Below are positions 20,265-27,589 of a stretch of DNA of 64,000 nucleotides, piece after piece. Both the position numbers and the translations under genes were made by a program. The notes under the pieces are model-generated. The model was given only the letters and a program-made list of their open reading frames with translations, made no database searches and was not told the DNA's origin. This DNA is from Myxococcota bacterium (lineage in GTDB: Bacteria; Myxococcota_A; UBA9160; UBA6930): positions 4,296,757 through 4,360,756 of the forward strand of contig OZ245002.1 in the NCBI GenBank assembly GCA_965223415.1, given 5' to 3'. How positions within the stretch are numbered: position 1 is the first letter of the stretch; the number at the start of each line of letters is the position of its first letter.

Positions 20265-21585
20265 GGGAGCCCGCGCCTTCTGTGGCTTCTACGTCGCGAA
20301 GGCCGACACGAAGCTCTGGAACCAGGCCTCCCAGGTCGTGCTGGTGCGCGACGGCGACCGCACCGTGCTCACCATGGCCAACGACTTCAAGGGCGACCCC
20401 AAGGAGTTCGCCGTCGTGATCCCGGTGCCGACCTTCCTCGAGCGCGAGCAGATCCACGTGGGGGACAAGGCGGTGATCGACCATCTCGACGCCTACACGG
20501 CGCCGCGGCTGGTCGAGTACTTCGACTCGGATCCGTGCATGCTCGCGAAGATGCGTCGTATGGAGGCCGCGCTCCCCCAAGCATCGGCCGCCGGCCGCGC
20601 GTCGGCCGACAACGCTCGCGCCCTCGGCGTCACGATCGAGGCCGCCTACACCGTCGGCGAGTACGACATCCTGATCCTCTCCGCCGAGGAGAGCTCGGGC
20701 CTCGAGACCTGGCTCACCGGGAACGGCTACCGGCTTCCCGAGGGCGCCGGCCCCGTGCTCGGCAGCTACCTGAAGCAGGGCATGCGCTTCTTCGTCGCCA
20801 AGGTGAACCTGGAGGAGCAGGCGAAGTCCGGCTACCAAACCCTGCGCCCGCTGCAGGTGGCCTACGAGTCGCCGAAGTTCATGCTGCCCATCCGCCTGGG
20901 CACGGTCAACGCGGAAGGGCCCCAGGAGCTCTTCGTCTACGCCCTCACCCGGACCGGCCGCGTGGAGACGACGAACTACCGCACCGTCAAGCTCCCCACC
21001 GGCATGGACATCCCGGTCGCCACCAAGGAGCGCTTCGGCGAGTTCTACCGGGCGATGTTCGGCGAGCAGACCCGCCGCGAGAACGCCGAGGTGGTCTTCC
21101 TCGAGTACGCCTGGGACATGAACTGGTGCGATCCCTGCGCGGCGGATCCGCTCTCCCGCGACGAGCTCCGGCAGCTCGGCGTCTTCTGGCTGGAGGACGG
21201 GCCCGTGCCGATGCCCGGCCAGCCGCGCATCATGCCCCCGCCGACGCCGGCCCAGAACGTCTTCGCGACCCGCCTCCACCTGCGCTACGACCGGGAGCAC
21301 TTCCCGGAGGACCTGCGCTTCCAGGAGACCGGCGATCGCACGAACTTCCAGGGTCGCTACGTGCTGCGCCACGCCTGGACCGGCGACGCCCAGTGCGCCG
21401 CCGCCGAGAGCTATCGCGCGGCCCTCCCCCAGCGCCACGAGAAGGAGGTCCAGACCCTGGCCTCCCTGACCGGCTGGGACATCGGCGACATCCGGCGCTG
21501 GGCAGGGCTCCCCCCGACGCCCGCGAAGCCCACGGAGCCGCCGTCGCCCGATCCCTGGTGGAAGCGCCTCTGGCCGAGCGAGTAG
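20206..21585 (+). CDS. Secreted DUF2330-like protein
   Basis: Met 33 of ORF 20110..21585 gives a clear signal peptide MRPRLRSLLLSCLCLVGLAEGARA followed by FCGFYVAKAD. 459 aa. Overlaps the upstream gene by 59 nt. The DUF2330 assignment is from memory of the family. Confidence 0.65.
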   Translation: MRPRLRSLLLSCLCLVGLAEGARAFCGFYVAKADTKLWNQASQVVLVRDGDRTVLTMANDFKGDPKEFAVVIPVPTFLEREQIHVGDKAVIDHLDAYTAPRLVEYFDSDPCMLAKMRRMEAALPQASAAGRASADNARALGVTIEAAYTVGEYDILILSAEESSGLETWLTGNGYRLPEGAGPVLGSYLKQGMRFFVAKVNLEEQAKSGYQTLRPLQVAYESPKFMLPIRLGTVNAEGPQELFVYALTRTGRVETTNYRTVKLPTGMDIPVATKERFGEFYRAMFGEQTRRENAEVVFLEYAWDMNWCDPCAADPLSRDELRQLGVFWLEDGPVPMPGQPRIMPPPTPAQNVFATRLHLRYDREHFPEDLRFQETGDRTNFQGRYVLRHAWTGDAQCAAAESYRAALPQRHEKEVQTLASLTGWDIGDIRRWAGLPPTPAKPTEPPSPDPWWKRLWPSE

Positions 21586-21605
21586 GAACAGCGTTTGATC
21601 GAAGT

Positions 21606-21644
21606 CCCGGCGGGTGACGATTCTCACCCCGAAGGGCGCCCGGG
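21606..21644 (+). terminator. GC-rich nested stem-loop after the DUF2330-like gene (possible terminator or attenuator, no U-tract)
   Basis: Inner perfect inverted repeat GGGTGA-cgattc-TCACCC (21612-21629), flanked by an imperfect CCCGGC / GCCCGGG arm pair. Confidence 0.3.
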
Positions 21645-21722
21645 TCTGCCATCCTGCCTCCGGGAGGAACCGGGTCCGAGGTGAGGCATCTCAGGTCTGG
21701 ACCTTTCGGAAGAGGAGACTTC

Positions 21723-21950
21723 ATGACCCGTATCCTGAACCTGCGGCGCCTCGGCCTGGCCGTGGCCGTGGCGGGGCTCCTGGCCCTGCCCCTCGTGGCC
21801 TTCGCCGAGCACCACGAGGCCGGCGAGAACCCGTGCAACCCGTGCGCGGAGAACCCGTGCGGCGACAATCCGTGCGGCGACAATCCGTGCGGCGACAACC
21901 CCTGCGGTGACAACCCGTGCGGCGACAACCCGTGTGGAGGCGGGGACTGA
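21723..21950 (+). CDS. Secreted Cys-every-fifth-residue repeat peptide, (NPCGD)n
   Basis: Met 15 of ORF 21681..21950, preceded by GAGGAG. Signal peptide MTRILNLRRLGLAVAVAGLLALPLVAFA. Mature EHHEAGENPCNPCAENPCGDNPCGDNPCGDNPCGDNPCGDNPCGGGD has 8 Cys, all in N-P-C. Confidence 0.7.
   Translation: MTRILNLRRLGLAVAVAGLLALPLVAFAEHHEAGENPCNPCAENPCGDNPCGDNPCGDNPCGDNPCGDNPCGGGD
21852..21941 (+). repeat. Six tandem 15-bp coding units (AAYCCNTGYGGNGAC) encoding NPCGD
   Basis: Units start at 21852, 21867, 21882, 21897, 21912 and 21927. They differ only at synonymous positions, except the last unit. Confidence 0.9.
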
Positions 21951-21989
21951 TCCCAGCTCCAGTCGAAGCCTGCGTGGCGGGGGCCTCCG

Positions 21990-22111
21990 GGCCTCCGCCG
22001 CGTTCGTTTCGGGGCGTGTCCGGGGCCTCTTGGCCTCCGCCGCGTTCGTTTCGGGGCGTGTCCGGGGCCTCTTGGCCTCCGCCGCGTTCGTTTCGGGGCG
22101 TGTCCGGGGCC
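21990..22111. repeat. Three direct tandem copies of a 42-bp intergenic element (third copy 38 bp)
   Basis: GGCCTCCGCCGCGTTCGTTTCGGGGCGTGTCCGGGGCCTCTT at 21990, 22032 and 22074. Each unit can form CGCCGCG-ttcgttt-CGGGGCG, and unit junctions can form GGGGCC-tctt-GGCCTC. Lies between convergent genes. Confidence 0.9.
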
Positions 22112-22114
22112 GGC

Positions 22115-22597
22115 TCAGCCGGCGGGATCGATCCGGAAGAACCAGCCGGCCTCGCCCGGCCCGCCCCCGTACTTGGCGTCGACCACGCGCTCGAGGGCCG
22201 CCGCCGTGGCCTCGTCGTCCACCTTCACGAGGGTGGCGCGATAGCGCCGGCCCTCGATGCGCAGGACGGCGCGGCCGTCCCGGCGGGCGTCCTCGTGCCA
22301 GGTCTTCCCGGGCGGGAAGCCGAGGCTGCAGGGGACGTAGGCCCGGCCGTCGTGAACGAGGATCCAGGTCGTGCGGGAGGTCTCCTGGGCCGCGAGCTGC
22401 AGCTCGATCTCCGGGACACCGGAGGCGAAGGACCAGTCGGTCACCGGGCCTTCCACCCACTCTCCGCTCGTGAGGGCGCCGCCGGGGAAGAGCGCGATGG
22501 GCCCGTCCGAGCAGCGCGCGACAAGGGTCGTGAGCACGAGCAGGCTGCCGAGGAAGACCGTGCCGATACCCACCCAGCGCAGGACGAGCTTCGTCAC
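22115..22597 (-). CDS. Hypothetical membrane-anchored protein
   Basis: 160-aa tail of ORF 22115..22915 from a GTG (VTKLVLRWVGIGTVFLGSLLVLTTLVA...). GTGA overlap with the upstream LLM oxidoreductase stop. No family recognised. Confidence 0.55.
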   Translation of the reverse strand: MTKLVLRWVGIGTVFLGSLLVLTTLVARCSDGPIALFPGGALTSGEWVEGPVTDWSFASGVPEIELQLAAQETSRTTWILVHDGRAYVPCSLGFPPGKTWHEDARRDGRAVLRIEGRRYRATLVKVDDEATAAALERVVDAKYGGGPGEAGWFFRIDPAG

Positions 22598-23601
22598 GCC
22601 CGCAGCTCCTCCAGGTAGGCGCTTCGCTCCTCCGGCTTCGCGAAGGGGAAGGTGCAGAAGACGCGATCCACCGCGCCGCCGAAGCGCTTCTTGAGCTCGG
22701 CGGCGACCCGGTGGGGCTCGGCCACGACGGCGAACTCCTCGAGGATTTCGTCGGTGATGCGCGTCCCCATCTCCTCCCACTGCCCCTGCTTGGAGAGCGC
22801 GTTGAGCTCTCCCGAGAGCTCGCCCCAGCCGTGGAGATCGAGGACGCCCTTGTAGGCGGGCGTCGAGCCGTAGAAGGCGACCTGCCGGGTGACCGCCGTG
22901 CGCGTCTGCTCCCACTCCTTCTCGTCCGACCCGGAGACGACGAAGGCCGGGTAGCAGACCTCGAAGTCAGCCCGTTTGCGCTCGCCGGCGGCGAGGCCGC
23001 GCTCGATCGCCGGCAGGGTCACCTCCGCCAGGTACCTGGGCGTGGTGAACGCGTGCACGAGCATGCCGTCCGCCGTCTCGCCGGCGACCTCCGTCATCTT
23101 CGGGCCCACGGCGGCCAGCACCACCCGGGGCGGCCCGAAGCGGTTGTTGGTCGGCGTGAACATCGGGGTCATCAGGGTGTGGGTGTAGTAGTCGCCGCGG
23201 AACGCCAGCTTCTCGCCCGAGTACCAGCAGTCCCAGATCGCCCGCATCGCCAGGATGAACTCGCGCATCCGGGCAGCGGGGTGTGACCACTCCTGGCTGA
23301 AACGCTTCGTGATGTGGGGCTTGATCTGCGAGCCCAGGCCGAGGATGAAGCGGCCCTTCGAGTAGGCCTGGAGGTCGTTGCCGATGTTCGCGAGCACCAT
23401 CGGGTTGCGGGCGAAGGCCACGGCGATCGACGTCATCAGCTCGATCTTCTCCGTGTGCTCGGCGGCCAGGAGCAGGGGGAAGAACGGGTCGTTTGCCGTC
23501 TCGGCCGTGACCGCGCCGTCGAAGCCCTGGGCTTCGAGCTCGCGGGCGGCTTCGGGCACGCGCGAAAGCTCGGTGGTGATGAGTCCCGCGTCGACCTTCA
23601 T
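22594..23601 (-). CDS. LLM-class (luciferase-like) oxidoreductase, F420-dependent-type
   Basis: 335-aa tail of ORF 22594..24768 starting MKVDAGLITTELSRVPEAARELEAQGFDG. TIM-barrel LLM features (GRFILGLGSQ, VLAAVGPKM). Confidence 0.75.
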   Translation of the reverse strand: MKVDAGLITTELSRVPEAARELEAQGFDGAVTAETANDPFFPLLLAAEHTEKIELMTSIAVAFARNPMVLANIGNDLQAYSKGRFILGLGSQIKPHITKRFSQEWSHPAARMREFILAMRAIWDCWYSGEKLAFRGDYYTHTLMTPMFTPTNNRFGPPRVVLAAVGPKMTEVAGETADGMLVHAFTTPRYLAEVTLPAIERGLAAGERKRADFEVCYPAFVVSGSDEKEWEQTRTAVTRQVAFYGSTPAYKGVLDLHGWGELSGELNALSKQGQWEEMGTRITDEILEEFAVVAEPHRVAAELKKRFGGAVDRVFCTFPFAKPEERSAYLEELRA

Positions 23602-23667
23602 GGCGTCTCCTCTCCTCGGGGGCGGCAGGGGAGGGGCAGGGTAACCCGCCTCGTGTAGGCTCGCCCC

Positions 23668-24843
23668 GTGAGCGCACCCCTCGAAGGCCTCCGCGTCGTC
23701 GACCTCACCCGCTACCTGGCCGGGCCCTTCTGCACGATGCTGCTCGCCGACTACGGCGCCGACGTGGTGAAGGTGGAGGCGCGGGAGGGGCGGGAGTTCC
23801 GCCCCGCCGGCGCCGGCCGCGACACCTACTTCTTCCTCTCCGCCAATCGGGGCAAGCGCTCGGTCACCCTCGACCTGCGCAAGCCGGCCGGCCGCGACGT
23901 CCTGCTGCGCCTGCTCGAGGGTGCGGACGTCCTGGTCGAGAACTTCCGGCCCGGGGTGATGGAGCGCCTGGGCCTGGGCGCCGAGGCCCTGCTGGAGCGC
24001 TTCCCCCGGCTGGTCTACTGCGGCATATCCGGCTTCGGCCGCACCGGGCCCTACGCGGAGCGGCCTGGCTTCGACCAGATCGCCCAGGGCATGAGCGGAT
24101 TCATGAGCCTGACCGGAACCGAGGAGAGCGGGCCGACCCGCGCGGGTATCGCCATCTCGGACCTGCTGGGCGGGCTCTTCGCCGCCCACGGCATCCAGCT
24201 CGCGCTGCTCGCCCGGGAGCGCAGCGGCCGCGGCCAGCTCGTCGACACCTCGCTTCTCGAGGCGACGATCGGCGTGCTCACCTGGGGCGCCGGCATGCTC
24301 TTCGAGAGCGGCCGCGACCCGGCCCCCGCCGGGCAGCACCACCCGCTCTCGTCCCCCTACGGGCGCTTCCGCGCCCGGGACGGCTACCTGAACCTCGCCG
24401 CTGGCAGTGACGCCATGTGGGAGAAGGTCGCCGCCACCCTCGAGCGCCCGGCCTGGCTCGAAGACGAGCGCTTCCGCGACGTGATCGGCCGGGTGCGCCA
24501 CCGGGACGCGCTCACTGCCGAGATCGAGGCCGCGCTCGCCCACGCCGACGTCGCCGAGTGGGTCGAGCGCTTCAATGCCGCCGGCGTGCCCTGCGGTCCG
24601 GTACTCTCGGTCGCTCGCGTCTTCGAAGATCCCCACGTCCTCGCCCGCGGCATGCTCGCCGAGCTGCCCCATCCTGAGATCGGGACCTTCAAGACCACCG
24701 GGCTCCCGGTGAAGCTCTCGGAAACGCCGGGTCGGATCGAGCGGCGTCCGCCCTTGCATGGCGAGCACACCGCCGAGGTGCTTCGCGAAGCAGGATACGA
24801 TGCGGCGGCGATCGAAGGGCTTCGCGCCCAGGAAGTGATCTAG
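23668..24843 (+). CDS. CaiB/BaiF family III CoA-transferase
   Basis: LEGLRVVDLTRYLAGPFCTMLLADYGADVVKVE...ENFRPGVMERLGLG. Confidence 0.88.
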   Translation: MSAPLEGLRVVDLTRYLAGPFCTMLLADYGADVVKVEAREGREFRPAGAGRDTYFFLSANRGKRSVTLDLRKPAGRDVLLRLLEGADVLVENFRPGVMERLGLGAEALLERFPRLVYCGISGFGRTGPYAERPGFDQIAQGMSGFMSLTGTEESGPTRAGIAISDLLGGLFAAHGIQLALLARERSGRGQLVDTSLLEATIGVLTWGAGMLFESGRDPAPAGQHHPLSSPYGRFRARDGYLNLAAGSDAMWEKVAATLERPAWLEDERFRDVIGRVRHRDALTAEIEAALAHADVAEWVERFNAAGVPCGPVLSVARVFEDPHVLARGMLAELPHPEIGTFKTTGLPVKLSETPGRIERRPPLHGEHTAEVLREAGYDAAAIEGLRAQEVI

Positions 24844-24911
24844 GCTCGGCGGTCCTGTGGAAGCAGCCGGTGCCGGCCGACGAACTCGGTACCGTCGAGT
24901 AGACTTCCCCG

Positions 24912-25808
24912 ATGGCCGATCACTTCGACTCCGTCTTCCGCCCGGGCCTCTTCAAGGGGCAGGTGCACCTCGTCACTGGCGGCGGCACCGGCATCGGGAG
25001 GTGCATCGCCCACGAGCTCGCCTGCCTGGGGGCCCACGTGGTGATCGCGGCGCGCAGGCCCGAGCCCCTCCAGGACACGATCAAGGAGATCGAGCAGGCC
25101 GGCGGCGAGGCGAGCTTCAAGCTGATGAACATCCGCGACGACGAGCAGGTGGACGCCGCCGTCGCGGAGATCGTGGCGGAGCGGGGCCGGCTCGACGGCC
25201 TCGTGAACAACGGCGGCGGCCAGTTTCCGTCCCCGGCAGAGGACATCCCCGCGAAGGGCTGGCGCGCGGTCGTGGACACGAACCTGAACGGCACCTTCTG
25301 GGTCTCCCAGGCCGCCTTCCGCCATTGGATGGGAGAGCACGGCGGGGCGATCGTGAACATCGTGGCCGACATGTGGGTGGGCTACCCGGGCATGGCGCAC
25401 ACCGGCGCGGCCCGCGCCGGCGTCGTCAACCTGACGAAGACCCTCGGCTTCGAGTGGAGCCGCTTCGGCGTGCGCGTGAACGCGGTGGCGCCGGGCGCGA
25501 TCCTCTCGAGTGGCATGAAGAACTACCCGCCCGACGTGAACCGGCGCGCGATCGAGGGAAGCCGGGAGATGCCGCCCTCGCGGATGGGCTCCGAGAGCGA
25601 GGTCTCCGCGGCCGTGGTGTTCCTGCTCACCCCGGCGGCCGGCTACGTCACGGCGGACACGATCCGCGTCGACGGCGGTTCCTCCCTCTACAAGGGCCAC
25701 TTCACCCCGATCGGGCACCACGATCGGCTGCCGACCTGGGACGGCTTCCACCTGAGCGCGGAGATTCCGGAGGCGATGCGCGGGGCGAGCGAGGGCGAGA
25801 AGAGCTAG
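24912..25808 (+). CDS. SDR family oxidoreductase (enoyl/dienoyl-CoA-reductase-like)
   Basis: VHLVTGGGTGIGRCIA, NNGGGQF, and a C-terminal VDGGSSLY. Confidence 0.8.
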   Translation: MADHFDSVFRPGLFKGQVHLVTGGGTGIGRCIAHELACLGAHVVIAARRPEPLQDTIKEIEQAGGEASFKLMNIRDDEQVDAAVAEIVAERGRLDGLVNNGGGQFPSPAEDIPAKGWRAVVDTNLNGTFWVSQAAFRHWMGEHGGAIVNIVADMWVGYPGMAHTGAARAGVVNLTKTLGFEWSRFGVRVNAVAPGAILSSGMKNYPPDVNRRAIEGSREMPPSRMGSESEVSAAVVFLLTPAAGYVTADTIRVDGGSSLYKGHFTPIGHHDRLPTWDGFHLSAEIPEAMRGASEGEKS

Positions 25809-25818
25809 GCCCGCAGCG

Positions 25819-26346
25819 TCAGTCCGCCGGGAGCTCCATCCAGAAGACGCCGCGCAGCTCGCCCTCGGCGAAGCCCGTGGCGCGGTCGTCCGGGTAGAGC
25901 GCCGCCAGGTGCTCGGCGAGCTCCGGCGAAAGCTCGCTGCCGTGGCAAGAGAGGCAGAGCGCCTGGGTGACGATGGGCTCGACGTAGCCGGTGCGTCCGC
26001 CGGGCAGGGCGACCGTTCGCGGCGCGCGGTTGCTCGGATCCGCCCGGTAGGTGTCGAGGATCGGCAGGGTCCAGGCCGGCGGGGCGTTCGCCGGGTTGCG
26101 CAGCCGGTGGCTGGTGCGGCCGACCCGCAGCCCGTCCTCCGCGTGGGCGGCGGCGATCTCGGGGGCGCGCAGCTGGCAGGCCTCGATCGCGTGGCGCGGG
26201 CCCTGGGCCAGGCCCTGCTTCAGGGCGGCTTGCAGGTCGCGCTTGAAGGGCGCGAGACGCTCCGCAGGAGTGAGGTCGGCGTCTCCGGCGTTCGCCGGGA
26301 CGGCGGCGAGCAGCAGGGCGGCGGCGAGCGATCGAATCGTATGCAT
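25819..26346 (-). CDS. Secreted DUF3365 (Tll0287-like) protein with a c-type heme site
   Basis: 175-aa tail of ORF 25819..27765. Signal peptide MHTIRSLAAALLLAAVPANA and a CxxCH site (CLSCH). Starts 2 nt after the P450 stop. Confidence 0.65.
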   Translation of the reverse strand: MHTIRSLAAALLLAAVPANAGDADLTPAERLAPFKRDLQAALKQGLAQGPRHAIEACQLRAPEIAAAHAEDGLRVGRTSHRLRNPANAPPAWTLPILDTYRADPSNRAPRTVALPGGRTGYVEPIVTQALCLSCHGSELSPELAEHLAALYPDDRATGFAEGELRGVFWMELPAD

Positions 26347-26348
26347 GC

Positions 26349-27560
26349 CTAGCGACGTACCTCGAGAGGGAGCGACTCGAAGCCCCGGATCACCATCGAG
26401 CGCAGGCGCTGCGGGGCCTCCGGAGCGGGGGCGATCTCCGAGTAGCGGTCCAGGAGGGCGTCCAACGCGATGCGTCCTTCCAGTCGCGCGAGGCCGGCGC
26501 CCAGGCAGAAGTGCACGCCGAAGCCGAAGCCCAGGTGGCGGCCTTCGGTGCGCTCCGGGAGGTACTGGTCCGGGTCGGCGAAGGCGGCCGGGTCGCGGTT
26601 GGCAGCGCCGAAGGAGAGGATCACGCGGCTTCCCGCCGGGATGTCGACGCCGGCGACGGTCACGTCGCGGGTCGTCTCCCGGCCCAGGTTCTGGACCGGC
26701 CCGTCGAAGCGCACGGTTTCTTCGAGGGCGGCGGGGACCCGACTGCGGTCCTCCCGAAGCTGCTTCCACAGGTCCGGTCGCGTCGCGAGCAGGTTCAGCT
26801 GGTTGCTGATCAGGTTCGTCGTCGTCTCGTTGCCGGCCACGAGCAGCACGATGAAGAAGCCGTCCAGCTCCGCCTGGCTGAGGCGGCGGCCGTCGATCTC
26901 CGCGTGGACGAGAGCCGAGACGAGATCGTCCTTGGGCTCGCGGCGGCGCTCTTCCGCCAGGCCCCGGAAGTAGTCGACGAGCTCGTGAGCCGACGCCAGC
27001 AGCTCCGGCGTCGGGGGCTGCTCGAGCAGGCCCACGAAGGCGTCGGACCAGCGCCGGAAGTCGTCGCGGTGCTCCGGATCGACGCCGAGCATCTCGGCGA
27101 TCACGAAGACCGGAAGCGGGATGCTGAGGGCGGGCACCAGGTCGAAACCGTCGTCGGGGAGTGCGTCCATCCGCTCGCGGGTCAGCTGCCGCACGCGCGG
27201 CTCGGCCGCCGCCACGCGCCGGGGCGTGAAGGCCCGGTTCACCAGGGCCCGGAGCTGGTCGTGGTGGGGCGGGTCGGTGGCGGGCAGGGCGGGCAGGTTG
27301 GCGAGCCCGCCTCCCCGCGGTGCCGGGCCGGCGGCGCTGCTGAAGGTGGCCGGGTCCTTGAGGGCCTCGAGCACGTCGTCGAAGCGCGTCAGCACATAGG
27401 CGCCGTAGCGCGGCTCCCGGTACACCGGCGCGTCGCGGCGCAGCCGCGCGTAGGCCGGAAAGGGATCCTCCTGGAACTCGGCGGAGAAGACGTCGACGTC
27501 CACCTCCGGAGCATCGCCGATCGCGCGGGCCTTGCGCCACACGCGGTATGCTGCCGCCAT
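26349..27560 (-). CDS. Cytochrome P450
   Basis: 403 aa. I-helix LLVAGNETTTN, ExxR (EETVR) and the heme-thiolate loop FGFGVHFCLGAGLAR. Confidence 0.92.
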   Translation of the reverse strand: MAAAYRVWRKARAIGDAPEVDVDVFSAEFQEDPFPAYARLRRDAPVYREPRYGAYVLTRFDDVLEALKDPATFSSAAGPAPRGGGLANLPALPATDPPHHDQLRALVNRAFTPRRVAAAEPRVRQLTRERMDALPDDGFDLVPALSIPLPVFVIAEMLGVDPEHRDDFRRWSDAFVGLLEQPPTPELLASAHELVDYFRGLAEERRREPKDDLVSALVHAEIDGRRLSQAELDGFFIVLLVAGNETTTNLISNQLNLLATRPDLWKQLREDRSRVPAALEETVRFDGPVQNLGRETTRDVTVAGVDIPAGSRVILSFGAANRDPAAFADPDQYLPERTEGRHLGFGFGVHFCLGAGLARLEGRIALDALLDRYSEIAPAPEAPQRLRSMVIRGFESLPLEVRR

Positions 27561-27589
27561 GTCGAGGAACCCCGGGTGAGCACGGCCGC

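Noticed and set aside
21595-21630. Sigma-70-like promoter TTGATC-N18-GATTCT upstream of the Cys-repeat peptide gene
   Set aside because: The match to consensus is weak (about 4/6 and 3/6) and the organism's promoter consensus is unknown, so it is not reportable as a feature.
21681-21722. Longer 89-aa form of the Cys-repeat peptide starting at 21681
   Set aside because: The extension (MRHLRSGPFGRGDF) precedes a canonical signal peptide that begins at Met 15. Met 15 has the strong GAGGAG SD, whereas the upstream ATG has none.
21990-22111. Possibility that the 42-bp tandem repeats are a small CRISPR array
   Set aside because: The copies abut directly with no unique spacers. There are only three copies, and no cas genes or leader are present.
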